Shown here one piece after another: positions 30,430 through 45,009 of a DNA stretch of 64,000 nucleotides. Origin of the DNA: Octopus vulgaris (Eukaryota); NCBI GenBank assembly GCA_951406725.2, contig OX597814.1:216628001-216692000 (forward strand), read 5' to 3'. The notes under the pieces were generated by a model. It saw only the letters and a list, made by a program, of their open reading frames with translations, did no database searches and was not told the DNA's origin. Position 1 is the first letter of the stretch. The number at the start of each line of letters is the position of its first letter. The position numbers and the translations under genes are program-made.

Positions 30430-30461
<32 letters not shown>

Positions 30462-30468
30462 GTGTATA

Positions 30469-30564
<96 letters not shown>

Positions 30565-30699
30565 TACATGGAACTGTGTATGTGTACAAACATGCATTTA
30601 TATATGTGTTTATACATGTAGATGCAGATGTATTAATGTGAGTATGTACATTCGTATATATATATATATATTTATATATAGTATTTTAAGTGTATATTT

Positions 30700-31922
30700 G
30701 ATTATGAATGTGTATTTTGATCTACGTATGTGGGTTTTATGTGCATCTATGACGTGTGTCTCATTTATAAATACAGCAATTATTTTCTATATCAATCCAT
30801 AGGCTGGACCAAATCCTTCGCATTTCGTTTGATTTCAAAAACGTTAACGAATATAAAATCCCTGCTGAGAACATATCAAGAGCCGTGAGTAGATATCTGC
30901 CCTCTCTCTCTCTTTCTCCGCACACTCACACATACACACACGTTTGCACACACACACACGCACTGACCACACGCACACATGCATACACACATTCATGATC
31001 ACATACACACACACATGCATATTTTATAGAAGAAATGCAAAACGTCAATTTAAATAGTGAGTGAGCTCAATACGTTTAGTAGATGGTGATATCGATTTTG
31101 TTAAATGATAACAGGTATTTCAAAGTTTAGCCTGATCAGCTTAAACACATAAATACATACATATGTAAATACATGTTCAAATCAAATATATAGATAAACA
31201 TTATATGCGTATTTATTTATTATTTGATTCCCTGCATATTCTGCGGCGAGCCGGAAAAGTCTTTTGTACGTCGAGCAAAAGGATAAGCGGTAATTCGCCC
31301 ATCTTTATATTTTGAGTTCAAATTCTACTGCAGCCGACTTTGCCCTTCATCCTTTAATCGTTTTCACTACACCTCTGTATGAGTATTTACTCCACTGCCA
31401 AGCTTTGTTGAGCTAGTGTGAGTTGTTAGGTTCATCGAACTAGTATACTCTCGATGTCAAAACAAGGCCGCCACATCAGACAGGGTTGGTAGAGAGATTA
31501 TACTGAGACCTTCGTTCTGCAGTGGACTGAACATCGGCAATCTAATGCAATCCATATGTTCATAATTTGTATGCATGTAAGTATATATAGACTTTTATAC
31601 AGACATGTATATATACTGAGACATGAACATGCAGTAGACCGTAGTAAAAACTGCGAAATAATTGTATTTGGGTTTCCTGAAATTCAGACAATAAACTCCA
31701 ATTACTGATAGTAAACTATTACAGAATAAACTTCTTTCTAACTTACTGATTTTTTGCTGGTCAATAAAAAGAATGTTTGATCCACTATTTTGTCTGTAAA
31801 AGAAGTTCACACAATGATCATCATTTATATATTCCGTGATATAATTTCCGATTCTGACAGTAAATGAAATCCCACTCAAATTATTCACTAATCCTGTCTT
31901 TACACACACATGCGCGCGAACA

Positions 31923-31953
<31 letters not shown>

Positions 31954-33179
31954 GTACATATGTAACTACACAGGTACTTTTGGTAATATTCTCCTTCTCT
32001 CAACTTTTCCGTTTTCCTTTCCGACAAAGACCTATGCTCGGAACGTTAAAAACGCTCTCTTTTCCTCCATTTTACCGAGCGTCCAGCTAATATATTCCAC
32101 GCGCACGTCTTTTTGTTTTTTGTTATTTTTATTTTTAATGTTCTACTCTTCAAATTTTACCATATATATATATATATTACAGAGGAGAAAATAAGTTTAT
32201 TTTCAAACGCAAGATAATGTTAATAATATATATTGAACAGGATAAAAACTATCCATATTTTGCAGAAAAATCTGTCGGCGACCAGTCATGAGACTTGAAC
32301 TCATATCCCTGTGATAACGCTACTTCTAAAGCTAGATTTATATATCCTAAATTTGCAGCAGAATTTGTCGTTCGGGCAGCTTAGCTTAATGGTAAAGCAC
32401 TTGACGCGTAATCTCAGGATGTGAGTTTGAGTCTCATAGCTAGCCGCAAAATATGGATATTTCATCCTGTTCATGCTATATTATTAGCATTATCCTGCGT
32501 TTGGAAGTAAAATTATTTCCTCATCTGTATCTTTCAATACATCTCAACGCTTTTAAATCAAACTTTGTTTCTTGAATTTAATGTATGCATATATATATAC
32601 ACATCCGGCTTTTGCAGATGGAGAATGAGTTTTTAACCGTGACTGGAAAATTCAGAGTTGAATATCCTGGGTAAGCAAAAGTTTCTAACACATTTATTCA
32701 AATTTATTTGGTTTGGTCCAAGCGTTCGATTTTATCGCATGTATTATACGTCACCATAATCAACAGCGTTGTACTTGTGACCCACAGTATACTAATTCAT
32801 ACCTTCGACGAAATGCTTAAGTGTTTTATCAATGTTTTATTATACAAAGGACAAACAAACCCATATTTAAATATCGATTTTATCAGGTGGCCAGCATGGG
32901 AATAAAAACCATCAAAGGTAATAATTATTTAAAATTATAATATAGGGTAAGAGCAGTCAAATCTTGATCCTAAAACCACATTAAATGTTCATATAGCACC
33001 AGGAGAGAAGACGAAGAGACAAAATAAACTAGTAAAAATTACTGGATAATTCCAGATCTCAGATTTCTGACTCTGCATAAGAAATGCTCTGCCTTCATCA
33101 GTGGAATATACTCAGAAAATTAAATAAATACAAATATATACATATACAACATACGATATACTTACATATACGAACGTAT

Positions 33180-33217
<38 letters not shown>

Positions 33218-35050
33218 CGTGTATATATAAATCAATGCGGCTATCAGCATTTTAAGACCAACAGGGAAATAATTCACAGTCACTAAAGGTGACAACAGTG
33301 CAGTGAGCACCAGCATTATTAGAAACATTAGTCATAGACTATTTCGTTTTGGGATTTGGTTTCCAAAATTATTTATATGAATTCGTGTGTTGAAGCATAT
33401 TCTGTTCTGTCTGGGGAGAGCCATTTTCTTTTTTGCCTTATAATTCAACACACTCACCGGTAAAATTTCAACGTATTTCTTATTTTTATTTTCCTAAAAC
33501 ATTTCGTTGAGTCTTGCAACCTTTTACCAGTGATTGTGTTAAATTATAGTCATAGACACCTTAGCCATAAAAAAACACATGGTGCATTGACAGGGGGGGA
33601 ACAACATTCCCCACGGTAAGCCGATGGATTAGATTAGCATGGTAATTTCTTATAGGAAGTTAATACTCATCAGCAATGCTCACTCCATTACGGCTGCTGG
33701 AGGCTAACTCACACCTGTCAGTATCATTGAGAATGCCATTGGAATTAGGGATTGATTTCACAAAATGGCAATGTGAAGATTATAAAATATTTAAGGTGGC
33801 TAACACGCAATTTAAAACCAGCCAGGAAATTACATATATATATATATATAAAATGTATATAAAAATTTATACACGGTTTGAAGACCACCATGTGGATTTC
33901 TTACATGCTAAAGAGGGCAAGCCACGGTACTGGACGAATATGTTCTTAAGACCAACTTTTAGTCACCCGCTTATAGTTCTAGCCTTCTTCACTAATTCTG
34001 TTCTCAACCATACTGAATGCGGTTATTGTAGCTATGATGATCCAATTCTAAGCTATATTTGAATATAAAAATAATTGAAACAAAACAATTAATTTCTTTA
34101 AGTGTTCAAAGTCAACTGCGGCGCAATATCTCCCAAGTTTTGAACAAATTCCAGGCATTGCTTAACTTAGGTGTTCAGAAAAGTCACATGAAGTTCCTTG
34201 ATGAAAGTATCTTGTTTCTGATCATTTTTATCACCATTACCATCATAATTAGCTTCATCAATCACCATTACCATCCTCTTCGTCGTTGTCGTCATCATCA
34301 ACCACAATGGATGATATCTTAGGACACCCACGCGTGCACGCAAGCGCACAGACTCTCTCCCTCTCTCTCACATACAACTATTTATTTACATTTTCTCAAA
34401 GCTTGGGTAATTTCAATAAATCAGCATTTTATTTTGCACTTTTCCGTTTCTTGTCCCTACGGAACTGTTTGTCTTTGCTCAGTTTCTTTTTAATTATACC
34501 AATTAACCGAGGACAAAAATGTTTTCTTCTTATTTTGTATAGAAGTAGAAGATGCAGACTCTACTGGGCATAAAAATTCACACAAATCCAGTACTTTCTT
34601 TAATTCAAACAGGAAAGATTTTTAGTGCTGCAAATAATTTTCCTCGGCGGAATTTCATTTTGTTTGAAGTGATCATGTTAAGTTTTGAATAAGAAACGAT
34701 AGATACACACACAGCTCATACGCTTTAACTCATCTCTAAGAGATATAAAAGAGGAATAAATCATATCCCATTGCCAAACAATGATATAATTTTTTTCACT
34801 CCGTTTCCATTCATTTCATTTTACCACTCGCAAATCAATATAAGGTCTATCTATTTCCAGCATAAAAGAGGTTTATGCGCATCCGGTCAGTATGTCTAAG
34901 TAGTGGTCAATATTGAGGAAATGCAACAATAGGGGCCGCGAAACAGACATTAGCATTTTTACTAGTCAAATCTGGTAACAAATTATATATTGATCGAGAA
35001 AATGTAAAAATATATATACACATACACACACATATTTCGGGATGGTCATG
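30700..35050 (+). repeat. Segmental duplication, copy 2, carrying SEA-like exons a' (30803-30884, 1-nt deletion), b' (32618-32670) and 5'-deleted c' (~34103-34206)
   Basis: Alignment by eye to 15560-22620; exon a' is 82 nt versus 83 nt. Confidence 0.88.
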
Positions 35051-35632
35051 TTATTCATTATTTAAAAAAAATATAAATGAATAAATATATGTGTGCATAT
35101 ATATATTGTGTGCCCAGGTAGAGAACACGGGGATCTCTACGTACAACAGTGTTCCGGTAAATAGATCACATTGGCATAATTTGAAGAATGCTGTCAAAGT
35201 AGTTTCTCATGGATTCAGTTCTACCTTTCGAGTATTGTCTTCTGTGAAATATACACGCTGGCCATTTTCAAGATGTACAGATAGATTTTAGGAAAGTGTT
35301 CTTACATGTAAACAGGATGTGACCTTTGTTTTGACAGTGTATTTGTCTCAAAGCAGAACCGTTCTTCCATCAGCGCTTGTCAATTGGCTGAAGTAACATG
35401 AAAGGCATCGTCATTCATGGTATATTTGTGAATAAGTCACAAACTGAAATACGTTGATCTATTGTTTAGGAAAATATTATTTACTTGTTTAAGGGTTGTA
35501 CTGGATACATAACGAAAACAGCTCTAACAGTTCAAAAAGTAAGAAATAAACACATATATATATACAAATTAATACTATCCGGTAATTAATGTACTTAAAA
35601 TTTTATATTTTGTTTTTACATTATGTTTCCAG

Positions 35633-35685
35633 GTTCAAGTACTGGTAATGGAACAGAGGATAGAACAGCAGAAACAAACTTTTGA
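35633..35685 (+). CDS. Terminal coding exon of + strand aGPCR-like gene (..SSTGNGTEDRTAETNF*)
   Basis: tttccag| acceptor; same 53-nt length, phase and homology as the terminal exon 47692-47744 of the - strand gene. Confidence 0.75.
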
Positions 35686-35739
35686 ATGAAAATCGATAAA
35701 GAGCCTCCAAGAATCGTCTTTGATATTTTATGCTATAAA

Positions 35740-35970
35740 ACGATATTTTCTGCATATATAATACAAAATAAAATTTTTTCCATATATAATATGAAGTAAT
35801 ATTTTCTTAATATATGATATAAAATTATATTTTCTGCATATATAATATGAAATGATCATTTCTCCATATATAATATGAAATAATATTTTCTTCATATATG
35901 ATATAAAATTATATTTTCTTCATATATAATATGAAATGATAATTTCTCCATATATAATATAAAATATTCT
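35740..35970. repeat. AT-rich ~25 bp minisatellite (TATTTTCTxCATATATAATATxAAA) in putative 3' UTR
   Basis: About 9 degenerate units visible. Confidence 0.75.
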
Positions 35971-36757
35971 TTCCTTGTAACGATACTATAATTGTACGTT
36001 TCAATACAACACTATGCATGCATGAGACTGTATAATCCACCATAAAGTAATTTAAACGAGTTTCAGGACCTCACTATGGCTTGAAACAGAAAATATTGCA
36101 TTATTTGAAATTATATTGATATTCTATCTTCTTGCCATTTTAATGTTATCAATGTAAGCTTTAGAATTGTTAAATAAAGGATTAAATCTGATCTGTTGCT
36201 ACCGTTCGTTTTCTAGATGAAATACTGTTATACGCAGACTAAGATCAAATACCACTGGAAGAGGCATTGATTCCATTTGTTATTTTAAACATTCCACTAA
36301 AATGTTAAAACTTGCAAAATGTATCATGTTGATTAGACTTATGATCATTTATCTAATTAGCATTATCAGGTCATTCAACTGTCATTGTTCAAGTAATCAA
36401 CCTTTCACAAACAGCTACATTCCAATCAAAGCACCGGACGTAGATTTGTCTTCTACACATTCATGTCTACTTTCACTCCATCAATGTTACACTAACACGA
36501 GACTGCGCATGCCTCAATGTCTTCATTGAAGTAGTTTCTTAGTTATATGCTCTACATGATATTCAGGCTTATTAGGCCGCAGTCTTTCTCGGTATCCAAC
36601 ATATTCCAACACCTTGGATAGAAGACATCCCACTAAAAGAGATGCCAGTCTGTTGCAAGTTTAACCCTTGGTTGTTGCTGGTATTTCTTCTCAGATGACT
36701 GCACTGGAAGTGTTTTTCTCGTGGACAGAACGCACCGAACCAATAGTCCATGTGTCA

Positions 36758-36825
<68 letters not shown>

Positions 36826-37832
36826 TGTGTGTGTATGTATGTATGTGCTTTTTAGCTTCTTCTGTTTTTCGGATCATTGGGAGCTCTCTTGCCAGCCGGA
36901 ACACCGCTACGCCCTTCTTTTATGCTCTGCTTGTTGCTGTTAAAAGATATGTAGCCGTGTATCGTAACAGCTCTGTCATTTCTACTGCTTACTACATGGC
37001 CTGTGGTTTTAGATGTCTTGGTACATCGACTGAACTAAGGAATTATTTTTTAGTTTCCTCCTAAGTAGATGGTCGCACCATTTCACTCTCTTCCAGCTGA
37101 CTACTTCAGTTCTGGTTTATGTCATGTAAATAACATTTCTTATACAAATTACGCTACTCTCCTTATAATATCTCTTTAGTTTTAAATACATTTTAATAAC
37201 CTCTTACGCATGTGTTTCTAGACCCTGATTAGAGAAACAAAAATGTGCAACCTATCAATGCATCGCTGGCTGATGTCCTACAAGCTCCAGATCCTGTTTC
37301 TGAAATCTCTCAAATAATATACATGCTAGCGTGACCTGTCTTTTCTAACCTGTCTGTCTAGTGCGACGGGTACTACACAGCTCTCTTTGACATGTTCAAC
37401 ATAAGAACCATTCAGTGTAATTATTTCCTTTGCTTGGTGTAATTAATCTGTATATAATGCTATTCATTTTCATAGCCCATTTTCCCCATATATCGTCTGA
37501 GACCATCAATATTAGGTTTGCTTCCCAACCACATAATTCCGTTTTTTTGGGGGGGGGTCTCAACGTGTGACATGACACTTTGGGCAATTTTCACCATACT
37601 GAGAAAAAAGTACTAGGGTCAATTCGTTCGACTAAAACTTATTCCAGGGCCCTCCACCTCCTCCAGCATGGCTGCAGTCTCATGACTGAAATAAAGTGAA
37701 AAGTTTTAAAATATATATTTCCTCACTTCGTTATTATCTGTGAACACATATTTTCTCTATTCTCCTTTCAGTGAAGAAAACAAATCTGTCTCCATGACAT
37801 TTCTCCTTCACTCACTCTCTATCTCTTTTGCT

Positions 37833-37896
<64 letters not shown>

Positions 37897-39299
37897 TAGC
37901 TTTGCCTCTCCCATACACTTTCGTCGTCAGTTCATGCTTCTCTCTCTCTCATATCACATGTTGCTTCCCTGCGCGTGGAGAATTAAGCCAGGAAAGACGT
38001 TCAACATTTTTATAATTGTCTTTCATCTCCGCTGTTTCGTTTAACATATTTTCTCTCTTCATTGTGAACCACAAACATTATCATTCTTCACTATTTTTCA
38101 CACCATAACTTACTTCTCCTTGATCTGTTTCTCTCTGCCTTTCGGTCCTCATATGGCCCCTTCTCCATACCGTTGCCCACAATTCCATAGGTTCTATAAC
38201 GATGAGCCCCCAATATAATACAAGCACTATGACGAACAATCTCATTATGAATCTAACTCTGCAGGATTACAATGTTCAAAAACACATCTACAGACATCTA
38301 CACATCTGTGCCTTACCTCAATATGCAACTCTTAACCTATATTGGGTGCTTGTCACACGTAGTTGCAGTACTTACAATCTTGTGAAAATATGACATACAA
38401 CAGACAATTTGTAATACGTCCAGGCTGACAAGCAAGCTTTAATACGTGACTGCACGAAGATGTTGAATTCTATACAAACACAATATATAAATGGAACTAG
38501 TAGATTATAAACCGTAAGAAGAATCAAATTCTGGATTAGTCACATCCACATCTTGACTATGGGCTCCAAGAAGGGAAGTGCTGTTCCCTTGCATATTCCA
38601 CTATAATGCCTAGACGAATAGTAAAATTCTGACCAATAGCAATATTCTGAATATATGGAAGTGATAGATGTGTAGCGAGGCCAATTTCTATTATTGTATA
38701 TTTGGAAACATTAAGTTAGTTTCTGAAAGCTCACCACGCTACTCTGTTGAGATAGGTTAAAATAACTATCATATAAGTCATTGGACATTTATTGAACCCT
38801 GTGTTGTGATTAGCTGAGTGTTGCGCGGGCGCTGGATCGAAGGTCCAATAACGTTACGCGTTATATATTTCTGGAGCCTCATTTCTTTTCATAAATTGGT
38901 GCCATAATTATTTACGAGTCAGAGAGGTGAGAGTCATTCATCGAGGCGAAGTATGCGGATCCTGCCGTTTTCAGCATTAATTTGCTTACTCCATCTAATT
39001 TTTGAGAGCGGTCGAGTTCACTTTTAGTATTCTCGTTTGTGAGAGCAGTCGAGTTTATTTCAGATATTCTCTTTCTAAAAATCATCTCTGGCTCATCGTT
39101 GAGAGGATGTTGGTATTGTCTCGGCGGTGGTTTGCACCTTTTAAGTGCTCTACTGATTATTGTTGTTGTTGTTGCTGCTGCTACTGCTGCTGCTGCTGCT
39201 GCTGATGCCGATGATGCTGCTGCTGCTGCTGATGATGATGATGATGATATACAAGATAATTCGGTAAACTGAAAATATCATTTCAGTCACCTATTCGAT

Positions 39300-41115
39300 T
39301 GATTAGTTACAGAGTTATTCAGTTAACTGAAAGTACCTTTTCAGTTATCCATTCGGATGTTTAATTTAAAGAGTTTACAGGTTTATCCGTGATCCATCCT
39401 TGCCTCATTCGTTACTGTTGTGGAAGGATTCCGACAACTCCCATATGATTAAAAGTGAATTGTCATATTTGCTATGAATAAAGAACTGTCGAGTTATCAG
39501 CAGTTCGCTGTGAGCCGTGTAACCTCGTATAACAGGAAGCCTCGTGCGTTCGTGTAAATACTTCGTTAAATTATTTATCAAACTTACAAGGATATAAAAG
39601 TTACTTATAAAGGAAATATACTTACACCATGCCTCACGTTTTTGACAGTATCCGCGGTAGGAAGAGACTTGTGGATGACATGAATTACATATCATGAAGC
39701 ACAGAAACAAAACGCCGATGAATCTAAGACTTACAGAAAATTCGAAATTAAGTCCTGTAACGCTCGAGTGCACATTATGATACATGATGAAGATCATACC
39801 ATAATTCAGCACATTGGTGAAGATCCTCATTCTTCATGTGCTTCAAAATCCATGCATCATATTCAGGTGGGGATATTCAGTGTTCCGCAAAAAAAATCAA
39901 TAAACTTACACCCGCCTTTTTTATAAGCTAAATGAATTACTCAAAAGACTGAGCCCAGAAGATGTTATGAGGGATTTTGAAAAAGCTCTTATTAATAGCA
40001 TTGTATCTGTTTCCTACTACTTCCATCTCATGCTGTCTTTTTCATCTATCACAAAATATATACAGAAAACATGTTAATTTGTCTTGAAGGAAAGATACCA
40101 TCATGATAATGAGTTTAGCATTAAAATCAGAGGTTTTTAAGCATTGCTAATTCTTCGTCTCGATGATGAGATTCACGGAAAATCTTGTAGATGACGATGA
40201 TCTTCCGCAAAAACTTGTGACCTACTTTAGAATATGGTACCTAAGAGGAGTGCGAAGTAAAGGAATGAGACCACGAAGGACTTCTCCCTAGTTTCCCATT
40301 GTCGAAAATCTTGTAGATGACGATGATCTTCCGCAAGAACTTGTGACCTACTTTGGATTATGGTACCTAAGAGGAGTGCGAAGTAAAGGAATGAGACCAC
40401 AAAGGACTTCTCCCTAGTTTCCCATTGTCGAAAATCTTGTAGATGACGATGATCTTCCGCAAGAACTTGTGACCTACTTTGAATTATGGTACCTAAGAGG
40501 AGTGCGAAGTAAAGGAATGAGACCACGAAGGACTTCTCCCTAGTTTCCCATTGTCGAAAATCTTGTAGATGACGATGATCTTCCGCAAGAACTTGTGACC
40601 TACTTTGGATTATGGTACCTAAGAGGAGTGCGAAGTAAAGGAATGAGACCACGAAGGACTTCTCCCTAGTTTCCCATTAGTAGTTGGAATGTCCGCTTTA
40701 AAACAGAATCGGATATGCCTCGCACAAATAAACTTTTAGAGGGATTTCACAACGCCCTACAAATTTCCTTAATTTGTTCACATCCGAATATATGGAGATA
40801 ATTACAGCTGAGAAAGGTTGAATTTGATGGAGGTGGGATCTGCGAGACCAAACAAAAATAAAAGAAAGGATATAAGCAAACGGATAAGTATTGAGCGACA
40901 TAGTCCCGAAAATAAGATGGATTTTATATGAGCAATAGCCCCTAACCTTCATTTTTATTGAAACTTTTAGTAATAATTTTAGATTTTACTCGACTTTTTA
41001 TTTTATCCTTATTCAACGTTTTATTTTTTCTAATATCGAGAGTGAAATTGACTGGTAGTCAAATTACCGGAGTCAAAATACCGGGGGTGAAGTTATCAGG
41101 GTTCAAATTAACTGT
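39300..41115 (+). mobile_element. Degenerate MULE/Mutator transposon; boundaries approximate
   Basis: DFEKALINSI...CCLFHLSQNIYRK...RYHHDNEFSIKIR...YF...FPI..WN; short subterminal repeats at 41040-41113. Confidence 0.72.
40178..40678. repeat. 4 x 126 bp tandem repeat inside the MULE transposase relic
   Basis: Unit starts at 40178, 40304, 40430 and 40556. Confidence 0.97.
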
Positions 41116-41579
41116 CGCTTACTCAGTCGATGTCTGAGGGATACGGGTTCGAGTGCCGTATCGGCTTGCTGGCAACTTCTTTCGTCTCATAAGAGCACCC
41201 AGACTTTCTCTGCTCTCTCTACAGCTTTACTGGGTTTGAAATGTTCTTTCTTATCTGCAAGGTATCGCGTTTGAAATGGATAAGTATGTTATCATTTATT
41301 TATGCAGAAGAGATAACATTACATGTCAGGGAGTAGCTTTGATGGAAGAAAAACATTCGCAAAATACATAAAATCCTACGTTTCTTATTAAGAGAGACTA
41401 ATGAGTGTTTCTCTCGATACCACAGGGAATGTTAACCATCTTCTAAATTTATGTCCCAGATTCCAGATACAGTTTTGAAGAATCAAATGAATACTTTGAT
41501 CACCTATAAACGAAAGAAACTAGTTACTATGGAATTGCTTCAACGTAATAGTTGGAGACCTCCGCAACCCTGAAGAAGC

Positions 41580-42620
41580 AGGCTAGAGCAAGAACTGACC
41601 AAATGCTATAGAAAGATAAAGCTTTGGCAAACCAAAAGATAAGCGAGCATAATTACTACGTTTGTGTGCAATAAGGGGTCTCATGATAACAAACACTGTG
41701 TACGGAAAAGAATGTCTGGAAGCTAAATCAATATATATAATATCCTTCAATTCATTACTTCGAACAACGATCGTCAAGTTTGCTTTGGCAATTCTAAAGA
41801 TATTTTGGTGTCACGAATTGTGTCACCAAAACAGATAAAATAACCTTTAAAGTTCAATACCTGAACTTCAAATTTTACTATCCAACATATACAAAACGCA
41901 ATATCCCATACAACCTAGCCGGGAAAATTTGTACGTTTGTGGAGTATGTGTGAATCAGAGACAAAAGCCTAACAAAACTAAAAGAATCTCTACCCAAGCA
42001 AAAATATCCGTCTCTTCTCATAGAAAATGGTATACAGCTTGATATAGAAATACCCATACAAGAACTTAGGGCCACCCGAGGAAGAGGAAAACGAGAACTG
42101 ATCATACCAGTTATAGTGGCACACAACCCATGTTACCAGAATACCTTAAGCATTGCAAATCAAACTTGCCGATCATTATTCAAAGTAATGAATTAGAAGA
42201 TATAATCACGGATGGAGTAATGGCTCTAAGTAAAAGACAGTCGAAAGACTTGAAACATTTAATAAAGGCAAAGTGTGATCTTAGTAACAATACGAATCAT
42301 TCATTGTGTCTAAGTACAATGATAATCGATGTGGGACATGTCAGTTCATACATATCGGTCAATATAGGAACAAAAAATAAACGGAAGAATATTTGCAAAT
42401 GTAAATATGAACTGCAAAAGCAGAAATTTAATTTACTGCATCAAATGCCAGAATTTTGAAGAGATATACGTTGGCCAGACTTGGAATGCACTAGCGGAAC
42501 GTTCACGTGTGCTCCAACAGTAAATAAGAGAACCTGGTCTACACAACTGAAGAGAAGTCGAGAGAAAAGTTAGAGAAAAAAATGTTATTGATAAACTGAA
42601 ACCATTTTTAAATGGACAAA
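41580..42620. mobile_element. Degenerate Penelope/Poseidon-type PLE fragments (+ 41850-42620; inverted piece ~41580-41815)
   Basis: TKRNIPYNLAGKIC; NLIYCIKCQNFEEIYVGQT; 41720-41815 resembles the reverse complement of 42120-42210. Confidence 0.65.
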
Positions 42621-42639
42621 ACTAATAATAGTTATAGTA

Positions 42640-42669
42640 ACGGTGATGACTGGAATGATGATGATGATG

Positions 42670-42745
<76 letters not shown>

Positions 42746-42756
42746 TGATGATGATG

Positions 42757-42805
<49 letters not shown>

Positions 42806-42816
42806 TGATGATGATG

Positions 42817-42866
<50 letters not shown>
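42640..42866. repeat. (TAA)n/(TGA)n compound microsatellite
   Basis: Direct sequence. Confidence 0.98.
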
Positions 42867-42868
<2 letters not shown>

Positions 42869-43735
42869 GATAATAGGTATTAACAAGATAAAAAAAAGAT
42901 AATAGGTATTAACACTCTAGCTGTCCCAGTTATAAGTTACAGCTACAATATCCTTAGCTGGACACTAAATGAACTGACCAAAATAGATAGGAAAACTAGA
43001 AAAATAATGATAGGATCTAGGATGCATCACCCAAAATCTGACATAGAAAGACTATATATACAACGTATAGAAGGTGGTAGAGGCCTTTTACAGCTGGAAA
43101 ACTACTATAAAATAACCACCATAAGACTGCAAAAATATCTACTTCAGCAGGAAGGAAAACTGATACAAATACCGGCAAAACACGAGCAAAACAAAAAACT
43201 GTTCTCAGTATTTAAGGAAGCCGACAAATACAGACAAGAAATCATACCACCTAATAAATATGAAAAAGAAGAAGAAAATGAAGAAACAACAAAAACTATA
43301 AAAAAATGAAACCCGAACTAAAAATAGAACAGCAACGAACCATGATAAAACGATGGCAAGAAAAGCCCCTTCATGGTAAATACTGGACTAAACTAAACGC
43401 AAAAGAAATAGACAAAGAAAAATCCCAGCAATGGTTGAGAAGCTCAGGACTCAAAGCAGAGACAGAGGGATTTTTAATTGCAGCACAAAACCAAAGCCTC
43501 CCCACCAGAAAATACCAAAAACATGTAATGAAAAGAAATATAACAAGTAACTGCAGAATATGTGGAGATGGACAAGAAACAATAAATCATATTATCTCTG
43601 GCTGCCCAGTCCTGGCTAAGAAGGAATATATTCACAGACATGACAGAGTTGGAACCTACATACACTTGGAAGCTATGCCAACATTATGGAATAACAATAG
43701 AAAAAAGATGGTATAGGCACACACCAGAAGTAGGT
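42867..43735 (+). mobile_element. Dong/R4-type LINE fragment abutting (TAA)n
   Basis: HHPKSDIERLYIQRIEGGRGL; GLKAETEGFLIAAQNQSL; CRICGDGQETINHIISGC..RHD. Confidence 0.88.
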
Positions 43736-44800
43736 CACAAGTTCTTGCGGCATATCCCAGAGTATGGTTGCGAACCATTAACTTGGACTTGGAAGGAGCG
43801 ATCTGAGAGGAAGGCACCGACCCATCGTACAATATCCGGATGGAAACTATATGCTTGAAGCTTGACAAGTAATAGGCGGTGGTTTACCGAGTCAAAAGCT
43901 TTGGCAAAGTCCAATAAAACGATGTCAACAGCATCACTATCATCGAGGATGCGCATCACCAATTCTTCCATTACCAGTAAGTTGGTCAAGCATGATCTCT
44001 TCGGCACGAAGCCGTGTTGGGAATCAGAGATAGAGGCTGTGTTTTGGAGGTGGAGCATCATACTTTTCTTAAGGATGGTTTCAAACATCTTGCTGATTAT
44101 TGATGTAAGGGAAACCGGTCGGTAGTTAAGCGGGTCTTCGCGGCTCCCTTTCTTGAAAATTGGGCAGATTATCGCTGTTCTCCAGTCCGCAGGTATAACA
44201 CCCGTCGCCAATGACATATTGAATAGACGTGTTAAGGGCTCGCAAATGACCGGAGCCAACGCTTTGATAACCCGTGGGTGTATGCCATCAGGGCCGTGAC
44301 CCTTGTTGACATCGAGGCCTTGAATAACACGTTTGACTTCGTCCCGCGTGATGACCAATCGAAGCATTGGAGGTACCGATCTATCAAATGGAGGGGGTTC
44401 ACGACCATCATCTTGTTTGAAAATAGTTGAAAAAGCCTCGGCAAATAATTGACTCTGTTGATAAGGGTCCTCAATCGATACGCCTGTTGAGTCTACCAAC
44501 GTTGCAATCTGGTTGTTCAAGCGGGAATTTCGTTGGACATGGGCAAAGAAGGTTTTTGGATTGCTACTGGCATTTGCCGCGGTTTTGTATTCATAACTGA
44601 AGCGTTCTTCCTTTTCAATTTTCACGGCTCGGTCTCGTTGAGTTTTGTACACCTCAAAAGCTGCAGTCGAATCCAGATTTTTGAATTCAGCCCAAGCAAT
44701 ATCTCTGAGTCGAAGTTCTCGTTTAACCTTCTTCGTCACCCAGGGCTTGTGTTTCTTCTTCTTGGCCACCAAAGCGTGACATATAAGCTACACACCAATT
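43735..44800 (-). mobile_element. CR1-type LINE fragment (RT N-half)
   Basis: GPDGIHPRVIK, NYRPVSLTS, QHGFVPKRSCLTNL, DFAKAFDSVNH. Confidence 0.9.
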
Positions 44801-45009
44801 GGTTAAGATATTTCTTTGAAAGAAGTGAGGTATATGCTAACCAGGTTGGCGCATTCACCAAACCGTCACATCTAAGTCAAATCCTGATTGGTCAAAATAC
44901 ATTTCCTAAGATTCAGCCTGCTGGAGCCCATCTACAGTTCTTTAAAGGACAAATCTAACCATTTCCCTACAGTTGTCAATTCTGGAACGTGACTGTCCTT
45001 ACTACTAGA

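Noticed and set aside
40227-40652. 141-aa ORF with 42-aa repeats; possible CRISPR-like array
   Set aside because: Antisense of a tandemly amplified transposase segment; no unique spacers; eukaryotic context
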